From Macrostomum lignano (lineage: Eukaryota): DNA of 64,000 nucleotides. Where the stretch lies: contig NIVC01000656.1 of the NCBI GenBank assembly GCA_002269645.1, positions 62,001-126,000 on the forward strand, given 5' to 3'. The translations under genes and the position numbers were made by a program. Positions within the stretch are counted from its first letter, which is position 1, and each line of letters begins with the position of its first letter. The notes beneath the pieces are model-generated. The model was not told the DNA's origin. It searched no databases and saw only the letters and a program-made list of their open reading frames with translations. This document shows positions 23,001 to 34,149 of the stretch, in pieces.

Positions 23001-25545
23001 CCGAAATTCCGTCGGCCATGCGACTTAGTTTTAACAAAAATGCGACGTAGTTTTTGGCCAAAAATGCGACTTACATGTAAAAAAAACCGTAAAGCAAAAT
23101 TAAAGCAACTTTGGGTAAACAGCAGGAGTAACTATGACTGTCTTTTTAAGCCAAAATGTTTCGTCAGCTACTTAGTACTACTACTTAGGTTTTTTTCGGG
23201 TGGGCATTTTTGCGACTTCCTTGGTTGGCCGCCAAATCGGTCGACCGACTCGGCCGACTGTTGCGCATGTATGATCCCATGGCTCTTTTATGTAGAAAAA
23301 AACAAAATTACAGAGTTAAGCTACTCATAATAGTAAATAAGTTAAGTGGTGAAAGTCTTCTGCAATTAATATTAAAGGTAAAGAATTTTTTCAACCCTTA
23401 ACCAATCAGGTCAAAGCTCTCAAGGAACTGATTGCTAAGTCGCAGGGCGATGCATTTCCAACTGAGTATCAACGCCTAATCTATTCTGGCAAAGTTATGT
23501 CCGACGATGACACGTTGGAAAAGTATGGCGTCACTGAGACTGGCTTTATTGTTGTCATGGCAACTAAGCCAAAGCCTGCGCCAGCCGCGGCTGAACCTGC
23601 TCCGGCTGCTGAGACGCCTGCTGCAGCAGCAGCTCCAGTTGGAGACTCTGCTGAAACAGGAGAGCCTACTGCTCCAGCTGCCGCTCCCAGTACTACTACT
23701 ACTAGTGTAAGTTTGTCTTGTAGTTTTCTCTCATGTTAGCAGGCTTAATTCCTAGACAGATTTCTTGAGCTTCTCGTCCCCTTCAGTCGACCCACCCCTT
23801 CCTTCAGTTGATCCTCCCCTTTCTTTCAGTTGATCCTTCACTTCCTTCAGTGATCCTCCCCTTCCTTCAGTTGATCCTCCCCTTCCTTCATTGATCCTCC
23901 CCTTCCTTCAGTTGATCCTCCCCTTCCTTCAGTTGATCCTCCCCTTTCTTTCAGTTGATCCTCCACTTCCTTCAGTTGATCCTCCCCTTCCTTCAGTTGA
24001 TCCCTCACTTCCTTCAGTGATCCTCCCCTTCCTTCAGTTGATCCTCCCCTTTCTTTCAGTTGATCCCTCACTTCCTTCAGTGATCCTCCCCTTCCTTCAG
24101 TGATCCTCCCCTTCCTTCAGTGATCCTCCCCTTCCTTCAGTGATCCTCCCCTTCCTTCAGTGATCCTCCCCTTCCTTCAGTGATCCTCCTCTTCTTTCAG
24201 TTGATCCTCCCCTTCCTTCAGTTGTTTCTTCCCTCCCCTTCTGTCTAAATTAATTTATATTGCTTCCAGTCGGACGTGAAACCACCCGAGCGTGAGAACA
24301 CCCTTGTCCACGGCGAAGAATACGAGCAGGCCGTTGCCAACCTAGTCAACATGGGTTTCCCGCGCGAACGCGTTGTGGCCGCTATGGGAGCCAGCTATAA
24401 TAATCCAGACCGAGCTGCCGAGTATCTTCTGTCTGGGAATATTCCCGCCGCTCCAGAAGGCGGCGGCGGCGGCGGCGGCGAAGCAGATGACGACGACGAG
24501 GAAGGGGGCAGCGAAGGCGGCAGCGGAGGAGGTAGCGGCGGCGGAGGCGGTGGTGGCGGCAGCAGCAGCTTTGTTGAGCAGCTTCGACAGTGGCCGCAAT
24601 TCCAGATGCTAAGACGGGTAGTAGCCCAGGTGAGGCAATGATGGACGCTAATTAGTGTGGTTTATAGCCCAGGTGAGGCAATGATGGACGCTAATTAGTG
24701 TGGTTTATAGCCCAGGTGAGGCAATGATGGACGCTAATTAGTGTGGTTTATAGCCCAGGTGAGGCAATGATGGACGCTAATTAGTGTGGTTTATAGCTCA
24801 GGTGAGGCAATGATGGACGCTAATTAGTGTGGTTTATAGCTCAGGTGAGGCAATGATGGACGCTAATTAGTGTGGTTTATAGCTCAGGTGAGGCAATGAT
24901 GGACGCTAATTAGTGTGGTTTATAGCTCAGGTGAGGCAATGATGGACGCTAATTAGTGTGGTTTATAGCTCAGGTGAGGCAATGATGGACGCTAATTAGT
25001 GTGGTTTATAGCCCACGTGAAGCAATTGCGGACGCAAATTAGTGTGGTTTATAGCCCACGTGAAGCAATTACGGACGCAAATTAGTGTGGTTTATAGCCC
25101 AGGTGAGGCAATGATGGACGCTAATTGGACTGTAATATAGGCGATGCTCTAGTTCGCAAATTTGCATAAACTAGCACAACTGCACAATGCCTCAACAGGA
25201 CCAATCGTTGCTTCCAACCTTGCTTCAACAAATTGGTCAAAGCAATCCGCAGCTGCTGCAGGAGATCCAAGCTAATCAGGAGGAATTTTTGCGATTTTTG
25301 AACGAATCGCCGGACGAAAGCGAACCGGCCGTTGGCGGCCAACAGGGCGGAGGCGGCGGTGGAGGCCAGCAGCAGCCCAGACAGACTTTGCTGCGCGTCA
25401 CACCTGAGGAGCGGGCGGCAATCGATCGGCTAAAAGACCTCGGCTTCCCGAGCACATGGTTATCGAGGCGTACTTTGCCTGCGATAAAAACGAGGACGCG
25501 GCCGCGAATTTCTTGCTAAACGAGTGCTTCGAAGAGGAAAGCTAA
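20041..25545 (+). CDS. RAD23: UV excision repair protein RAD23 (UBL-UBA1-XPC-binding-UBA2), ~356 aa. Exons 20041-20106, 23410-23706, 24270-24629, 25199-25545, with a 1-nt frameshift near 25449
   Basis: [26 protein letters not shown] (UBL), [32 protein letters not shown] (UBA1) and [17 protein letters not shown] (STI1). [27 protein letters not shown] (UBA2) appears only after adding one base. All introns are phase-0 GT-AG. Confidence 0.93.
20917..22135. mobile_element. Probable non-autonomous DNA element in RAD23 intron 1
   Basis: 14-bp inverted ends gtcaggaaggtggc / gccaccttcctgac. Internal tggcgtaca and gtgcaca repeats. The interior is similar to 58205-58700. No TSD seen. Confidence 0.5.
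22985..23273 (+). mobile_element. P-superfamily-like MITE, 289 bp, in RAD23 intron 1
   Basis: Perfect 14-bp TIR catacatgcgcaac / gttgcgcatgtatg. Exact 8-bp TSD atcccatg at 22977-22984 and 23274-23281. Confidence 0.88.
23780..24230. repeat. ~21-bp pyrimidine-rich minisatellite (ttccttcagttgatcctcccc) in RAD23 intron 2
   Basis: About 21 copies ending ~35 bp before the real acceptor. Confidence 0.95.
24622..25125. repeat. 43-bp minisatellite containing the RAD23 exon 3 donor site
   Basis: 12 units, with GTGAGG recurring every 43 bp from 24630 to 25103 (two units read GTGAAG). Confidence 0.97.
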
Positions 25546-26624
25546 ACTAGATGTTATTCATAGCATCGTTTGGGCTGAGCACACTTTGACGAATCAGCGA
25601 GAAACAAGCGAAAAATGTTTAAAAAATAGTTGGTTTCATCCTAAATTTTTGTTTATTTATTCGTGCTTGTCTGTGCTAATATAATTGAGAATGCCTAACT
25701 CTCCTTATGTCTTAATTAGAGCACCGCACCCGCCCGGAATTCTATCTAGAAATGGTAATGCCTCGCATTGAACAATAAATCGTTCTTTTAGTGTTTTTAG
25801 CTAAGAAAAATACCTTGGGGGCCAGCTTATTGACTCTGGCTGCCTAGCAGTTGTAAGTAGTATGCGCCGCAAATTAATACCAAAATAGAATGCAGGAAAA
25901 TGTCAGTTATTCTGCTAATAGAAGTGCATGCGTTACTGATAAAATAATCGGCATATGAAAACATTATTCTACATTTATTCGGCTTTCCAAATATCCTCAG
26001 TTTATTAATGTAATTCGCTAATTAAATACCATCTTCCCTTCTAATGAGGATATTTAAATTAAGTAGCTAAATCTAACCAGTGTATTAAACTAATCCGGTC
26101 AATGTACATGATTTGTTACTTGTTCAAGTAGTAATATAAGTAGCATCTTGTATATTGCGCTTGTTTAAGTAAATAAATTTGCCTGCTCTTCTTAAAGCTA
26201 ACCAAGCGTATAGTCGTGTAGCAACCGTTTTTTGCCGTGAATTGGCTCTGGAAAAATTTCCAGGATTAGTTACTACCCTGTCTCACTTCGTCATGCGTCT
26301 GTCATACTCTTAATTATTGCCCTCTTATTTGATTGTTGATCTCGCTTCCTGGGACAGTTACACAATAGCTAAGCTGGGTGCACTGAATTGATGTTCGTCT
26401 TTGTACCTTCTACTATTTATATAATAGTTATTGTCCTGGATCCATAATCCATAATCCATGGTTCCCTAATCCATTCTTCTGTTTTTCCTTATTATCTTTT
26501 TTGTCTTGGGCTTAGAGAAAACAATTTGTTTGCTATTAAGCTTTGATCACAATTGCAGTAGTTTTTGTCTTATGTTTATTTATGTTCTTTGTTTAGTCGA
26601 GTAAGTTAATCTTTATTTTTAGAA

Positions 26625-27730
26625 ACGCCCACCAGCAACCTGTAGAATCACCCACAATCAACCTGTAGAATCGCCCACAAGCAACCTGTAGAATCGCCCA
26701 CAATCAACCTGTAGAATTGCCCACAATCAACCTGTAGAATTGCCCACCAGCAACCTGTAGAATCGCCCACAATCAACCTGTAGAATTGCCCACAATCAAC
26801 CTGTAGAATTGCCCACCAGCAACCTGTAGAATCGCCCACAATCAACCTGTAGAATCGCCCACAATCAACCTGTAGAATTGCCCACCAGCAACCTGTAGAA
26901 TCGCCCACAATCAACCTGTAGAATCGCCCACAATCAACCTGTAGAATTGCCCACCAGCAACCTGTAGAATCGCCCACAATCAACCTGTAGAATCGCCCAC
27001 AATCAACCTGTAGAATTGCCCACCAGCAACCTGTAGAATCGCCCACAATCAACCTGTAGAATCGCCCACAATCAACCTGTAGAATTGCCCACCAGCAACC
27101 TGTAGAATCACCCACAAGCAACCTGTAGAATCGCCCACAAGCAACCTGTAGAATCGCCCACAAGCAACCTGTAGAATCACCCACAATCAACCTGTAGAAT
27201 CGCCCACAAGCAACCTGTAGAATCACCCACAATCAACCTGTAGAATCGCCCACAAGCAACCTGTAGAATTGCCCTAAAGCAACCTGTAGAATCGCCCACA
27301 AGCAACCTGTAGAATCACCCACAATCAACCTGTAGAATCGCCCACAAGCAACCTGTAGAATTGCCCTAAAGCAATCTGTACAATCGCCCAAAAGCAACCT
27401 GTAGAATCGCCCTAAAGCAACCTGTAGAATAGCCCTACAGCAACCTGTAGAATCGCCCACAAGCAACCTGTAGAATCGCCCTAAAGCAACCTGTAGAATC
27501 GCTCACAAGCATCCTCCAGAATCGCCCACAAGCAACCTGCAGAATCGCCCACAAGCAACCTGTAGAATCGCCCACAAGCAACCTGTAGAATCGCCCTAAA
27601 GCAACCTGTAGAATCGCTCACAAGCATCCTGCAGAATCGCCCACAAGCAACCTGTAGAATCGCTCACAATCATCCTGCAGAATCGCCCACAAGCAACCTG
27701 TAAAATCGCCCCAAAGCAACCTGTAGAATC
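26625..27730. repeat. 23-bp minisatellite (caacctgtagaatcgcccacaat)
   Basis: About 47 copies directly upstream of the MCPH1-like coding exon. Confidence 0.97.
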
Positions 27731-27760
27731 GAATTTATATGTTTATTTGTTCTATACCTA

Positions 27761-30700
27761 ATGTTGCAGGCTGCCACGGCTGTGCGGTCACACGCCGTAA
27801 CAAACGGCAGGGCTACGGCCCCGATAGAAATCCAGTCCGATTCAGAATCTTCCTCATCTGGTCTAGTCGCCGAAGCTGCCGCAACAACATCGACTCCCGT
27901 AGCAAAAACGTCAGAAGCAACCAAGTCAGTGGATAATGAGTCGGCGGAACCCTTTGATCTTAGTCGCCTGCTGACCGGCGTAAGATTCTACGTTGAAATT
28001 CGTCAAGGTATAGAAGATCGCAGCGAAGGCATTGCCGAAGAGATGACCCGTCTGGGCGCAAGCATTAGCGACCGGGTTAATTTAAGCGTCACTCACATTC
28101 TCTATCGTGCTGGTAGAAAAAAGACTCACGATTTTGCTGTTAAGCACGGCATTCCAATGGTCTCTGTAAGCTGGCCCTTAGCCTGCATTAAAGCTAAACG
28201 TCAAGTTAGTCACGAACCGTTCCTGCTCCCAGCTGGCGCTTGGTCAGCGGACGACAACTCAGCTGGTGGCACATCGTCGCCTCTGTTGAATCAGCTGCGC
28301 AAGCAGAGGCGTCGGTTTATGCAGCCTGGACTCGACCCGGAGAAGGAGCTTAAGTCTAGCGCGGATCGTTTGCGTAGAAAGCGCATGAAAACTGCGGTTG
28401 TAGATTCGTTGAAAATTGCCTGCCAGAAGTCGGCTGAGGAGTACGCCAATTTCAACGATAATTATTATCTATCCGTGAAGCTTCGCGTTCCAACGACACC
28501 GCCATCGATGAAAGAGCTCCAAGAACGTTTAGACCAGCAGCGACGCGACGGTATTCGATTCAACGGCAGTCTGAGCGACTCGTCATCTGTTGGCAGCGAC
28601 GTTGAAGATGGTGACGAAAATCGGGATGTTGTTGGACGCGACGACAAAAAGTCTGTCGATGAGGATTCTAAGAAACCTGCTGTCATCCTTGCTCCCGAGA
28701 CGCCAGCTCAGGAAAATGAAGCCAATATTGTTGTTGAGACAACGCCTGTTCCTCAGTTATCGTTGGAACCCGAACCCGCGCCAGTACCTGCGCTAGAACA
28801 TGCGCCAGAACCTGCAGCAGAACCCGCGCCACCTCCCCAGCCAGCTGCCGTGCCACCTCTTCGCCCGCGTCCTGGCAAGCGTCGTCTGTACAACGCCGAG
28901 ACAGACGATTTTTGTGCATCATTCTCCGACTCTCTGTCTAGTTCGCAAGCCTCATCAGTAGAATTGCCTAATTTAGACGATGCAACCCCATCTGGTGTTG
29001 CTCGTCGGCGAACTAGCAGTCGCCGTCAGTCATTATCGTTAAAAGCTTCATCAAACACGACAGCAATGACGCCTGTGAATTCTCGATCTCGACGATCGCG
29101 TTCTTCGCAGTCGCCGAACGATTCTGCGCGCGTTGTTTCCTGCGTTAGTTCGGCCGAGCAGCGGCGCTACAATCGGCAGAAGCGCAGTTTAATGATGCTT
29201 CAAAACGAAAAGTCAGTCGCTAATCTGGCTACCAGTGAAGCTACCACGTCAAAGGCGCCGTCGCAAGTGCCGCCTCCTCGACGGCCATTCGACGGCATTG
29301 AATTGCCATCTCCAACGGCAACAATCGGAAACGATTCGTCGCCAATAAATTTGACTCATAAAACTGGGGCTCAAGATAAACGGCCAAAATATCGCCGACT
29401 CTATACGGCTGAAGACGATGAACTATCGGAGCCGACCGATTCTCCGGCTACAGCCGATCAGGTAGCCTGTTATCGTGCATTTCCAAAGCCTGTGCTACGC
29501 TTGCTAGCTCAAAAAAGCAACAATCAGGCTGCTAAATTGTGTATGGCTCCATCGCCTAGTCAGGTCGTTGCCAATTTGCCCGGTCGCGGCGGCAGCGGAA
29601 CCAATGTGAAACGAACTGGTTCTACTGGTGCCGTTAAAAAAGTCTCAAATATTAGTCATAATCATCGATTCCGTTTTGGTCCTACTAAGCCCAACTGCTT
29701 GGTAGCTCGGCAGCTGCCCGCCGTAATGGCATCCGATTTTGGCGAATTGCAGACGGGCCTAGCGGCTATATTGAAAACCAATGGTCGCTTTGAAACGCCT
29801 CCTGCGCAGCAGCAGAAGCCGCCTCCGTCTACTGGATCACTCTCGCAAGAAGCAGCCTCTAGTTCGCAGCTATCAACGGCTTCGTCGATTCGAAAGTCGA
29901 TTCTTCAATCGGCTAGCACTAGTAAAGACTCGCAGCAGAGACAGTCTCGTAGAATCACATTTGCCGCTAATGTTGACGTTGCCAGTATCGAGTCCATTGC
30001 GAATCGATCGTCGGCGCCTTTAAAGTCGTCTTCTTCCGTTATTCCCGTTTCCGCCGTTGACACCCCCACTACTCCTACTTCGACAACGCCTCAAGCGTCA
30101 TCGGCAACGCCTCAAGCTTCATCGGCACAGACTTCTACGCCTGTCATGTCATTGTCAACAACTTCAAAAGTTTCGGAACAGCTGGTTGCTCGAAATTCGT
30201 CTCCTCGCGTTGCTTTGTGGGATATTCGCTGTCAGTCGAATCTAGATAAAGAAACTCGCAGCTTGTTATCAAAGGCTGAAGCACAAACTGCGGCTTCTGC
30301 CAATCCTGTCACTCTGTTAGACATTGCCGAAGAATCGTCCGGTGCAAAGTTAACGCCGCAGGCTGCTACAGATGCATCTGCTTCTGCCGCATTCTCGCAA
30401 GCTTCTGCAGCATCCGACACATCTGGTATGGGCATTCTCGACGCTTGCAATAGTGAATCTACAAACAAAAGTACCAAGCCTCGTAGTGCTAATAAGAAGT
30501 CACCTGCGCCTCCATCGTCAGTTAGACGCATTAGCGGTCGGAGGCAGTCAGCAACTACTACTACTACTACAGCGTCAGGCTTGTCTATTATTGAAAGTTC
30601 TTCGTACGCATCGAGTGTTACATCTACTGCTACTACTACTACTGCTAGTAGGACTGTCAGCCAACCAGTTCAACGAACATTAAAGCGACGCCGATCTCAA

Positions 30701-31790
30701 CGGAACTTATCAACTGGCAAAACTGCCGTAGAAACCAATGTCACCATCAAAGATAAAACTAACAAAAAGAATAGCACTGGTTCGTCTAGCCAGATTAGTC
30801 AGGCTAGCCAGGCTTGCAGCTCTACTAGTACTAATTCTGTACTGTCGCGTCGATCTTTAGACGATTTTCAATTGCCATTATTATCAGTTAGCGTCTCAGT
30901 TCGAGCAGCGTCGTACGGTTCAAAGAGCATTGGGTCGCATGCCGGAGACTTACAGTCTGGTGACGGTATGTTCTTGCTTTCCTATTAGAACTTTTATTAG
31001 TAATGCATTTATATTAGTAGGAACATCAGCTAGAATTGCCGCCACCAATGGCATTTAAAAGTTGCAAAAAGAGCCAATCGTCGCAGTATAGCAACTTCCG
31101 TAATTTACGATCGTATAGTTAAAATAGTTTATTTCTTGAGTCGCAATTTTAGCAATAGCTGTCCTAATGTAATTGACCCCCTTATTATTAGTAGCTTTTT
31201 TGTTTATTAAATCATATTGTTTTTATTTACTCCCTCTTCAGTCGGAGACGCTGTCGTCGAATACAGCCGTGCTAGTGACTTGTAATCCACCCAAGCGGAC
31301 ATTGGCTCTGCTCTCCGCACTAGCTTACAGTGTGCCTATAGTTAGCATCGATTGGATCATTGACAGTTTGGCTAAACGCTCCTGGCTGCCAATGAATAGC
31401 TACAGTGTGGCTCAGCAGGCCAGTAGTTTGGCTTCTAGAGTTGCGCATGATTGTTCTTCTTCGTTAACTGCTACTAAAGAGAAGAAGCGATCGAAACTGT
31501 TTGCTAAGCTTGCCGAAATGTACATTGCTCCATCGTTGACCGGCCTCGATCGGGCGCAGTTGCTCAAGCTAATTCGTGCAGCCGGAGGTCGCACTGTTGA
31601 TAGCTATCGATCAGCTCCAATATGCATTGGCTGTTGCCGATCAAATGCTATGTCAGTGTGTCCGCTATGGCTAATTGATTGCGTATTAATTGGTCGAGTT
31701 CTACCAGACAAAGCCTATCCAGTTAAGGATTCTAATTTGGCTATTAGTGTCGATTCGCATGGAACCATTGTTGGGAAAGTGTTCGTCTAA
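27761..31790 (+). CDS. MCPH1: Microcephalin-like protein with an N-terminal BRCT and tandem C-terminal BRCTs, ~1270 aa. Exons 27761(or 27770)-30965, 31021-31099 (off frame by 1 nt), 31242-31790
   Basis: The N-terminal BRCT (LTGVRFYVEIRQ..LGASISDRVNLSVTHILYRAG..MVSVSW) and the C-terminal KRTLALLSALAYSVPIVSIDWIIDSL and AAGGR..PLWLIDCV match the MCPH1 architecture, with a long S/T-rich linker. The start and the middle exon are uncertain. Confidence 0.8.
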
Positions 31791-33554
31791 TATACCTGTG
31801 TTTACTTTAGTTTTAGTTTTTCAAGCCAATCTTTATCCCGTTCAAGCTTTTCTGCTGGCCTGTAGCCTTTTATGTTGGCGCTCACGCATTGCTAACGCGT
31901 TTCGTATTCAAGTCTACTTTTCAAAATATTTGTCGTCTTCTCTTCAAACTTTAAACGCAAACAATAAAAAACATTATTTAATCTCCCGTTTCTAAATACA
32001 TTGCAATATGTATCTTTAAGCCGATTAAAACTAAACCCAAGGACTACTTAAGTAGACGGAAAATACAACTTTGGATGTGTTTTTGGGTGGCAAAAACCCG
32101 CCTCAAACATTTTCTAGGAAACATAGTTACTTAAGTAGGCCTTGACTAAAGCGCGCACAAGTCCTAAGCTTTTAAATGGGTTTTGGGATGCCGGCCTAGG
32201 GGTAGAAAACTGTTAGCCGGTTTATGGTACGGTCGACTAGAAAAATCGATAAGCCTCAAACCCCTGGCACGCGCTTTGTGTTTATAGTACGTGACGGGGG
32301 GGACTGGGGTAAGGAGCCTAAAAAATCGATAAGCCTCAACCGTCCTGCACGCGCTATGGGGCGGGTTGGAGGTGAGGTGGCTGTCCAAAAAAATCGATAA
32401 TAAAATGTCTCATCTTTTTAATGTGCTGTTGTGTCACTAGTGCAACCCTTTTATCCGTTACTTTTACAACCAAACTATATAAGCTCTAATTGGTACCCGT
32501 TAATAAAGTAGATAAGCAATTAAAACATTTCCTTTGGCTTTTTACCAATATTGTACCCTCATTTTGTCTCTACCAGTTTGTAATTCTGTTCCGCTAAACG
32601 ACCGCAATTACGCAAGACAAGAAAAAAATTCACAGCAAATATGTTAGTCATTTTTACATGCGTTTAGTATCTGCTACATGTATTCCATCCAAAAGTACAA
32701 CTATAGTTACTTTCTTGGGTGCTTGTAAGCATTTATTTTTATTAATTTATTTGTTGCTTTAGAAAACTCGTTGCGTTTATATATTTTGCTGCATATTTTG
32801 TTTGCTTTTATTCTGCAACTATTTTTTGTTTCATTCTTCAGCTTCTTCAATGCAATTATCAGTTATCAGCTTGCCCAGTTTTTCTGCTTAGGTACTATGT
32901 TCATATAGTATTAATAGTTGCTTCATATGCTTCATATTACAGTTTATTTTACGCAGTGCTTTTCCCTGATTGTTTGCCAAATTAATTTAATTCTGGTTTA
33001 AACTATATTTTATATAATTTTATCTGTTTCGTTTTACAGCTTTTTAAGTTTGTAATTTGCATATGCCGGTGTTCAAGATCATTCTTTTCGCCAAAATTAT
33101 GGCATTGGTATCGTTCCAACTATGCTTTTTCAGTTCCTTCAGACAGCTTAATTTCAATGCTGGCCAGTTTCTTCTTTCGCGTGTTTGTTTTAATTTTCCG
33201 GTTGATTTCCGGTCCGCTGCTGCTTTGGTGCTTTTTTCTGTTATTGTGTACTCAGTTTCAGTTGTTATAAATAAAGCTGCTTGCTAATTCATACTCATCA
33301 AGTAATTCTGCTTTTAATTAGCATTGCCTTTATTTTCTTGCCTACTGATTTCAGCTGATTTGGAAAGCGTTATTTACAGGCTTAATAGGACAACTCGATG
33401 AGTGCTTTGTTTGTACTTCAGCTTTAAAATAGTTTTAATCATAAACAGTGCCACTTCTGTTATGACGGCTCTTTAAGCTACTCGTAGTAGTTATATAATC
33501 GTGTCTTATTTAGGTTGACTTGATTTTTAGTAGGGATGGAGTCTGAATATCCAT

Positions 33555-33594
33555 CTATACTCAACATCTGTCTGTCTATCTATCTATCTATCTG

Positions 33595-33629
<35 letters not shown>

Positions 33630-33636
33630 GTCTATC

Positions 33637-33671
<35 letters not shown>

Positions 33672-33788
33672 GTCTATCTATCTATCTGTCTATCTATCTA
33701 TCTATCTGTCTATCTCTATCTATCTATCTGTCTATCTATCTATCTATCTGTCTATCTCTATCTATCTGTCTATCTATCTATCTATCTG

Positions 33789-33869
<81 letters not shown>

Positions 33870-33871
33870 GC

Positions 33872-33909
<38 letters not shown>

Positions 33910-33910
33910 G

Positions 33911-33966
<56 letters not shown>

Positions 33967-33984
33967 ATCTATCTATCTATCTGG

Positions 33985-34018
<34 letters not shown>
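33555..34018. repeat. (TCTA)n microsatellite
   Basis: About 460 bp of tcta with tctg interruptions, ending ~130 bp before the next ATG. Confidence 0.98.
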
Positions 34019-34149
34019 CAGCTTTTGTCTGAATTGAGAATCCAGACTCCAGCTACACCAATCCACAGCCCATGATTTCAAGCTACCAAAATCCCCCATC
34101 CTATACACGCGTATGAAAATGCCAAAAAATCGCGTCGCCACCGCTGCTC

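Noticed and set aside
26648-27466. Minus-strand ORFs with apparent Cys/Trp repeats
   Set aside because: Frame-cycling translation of the 23-bp minisatellite.
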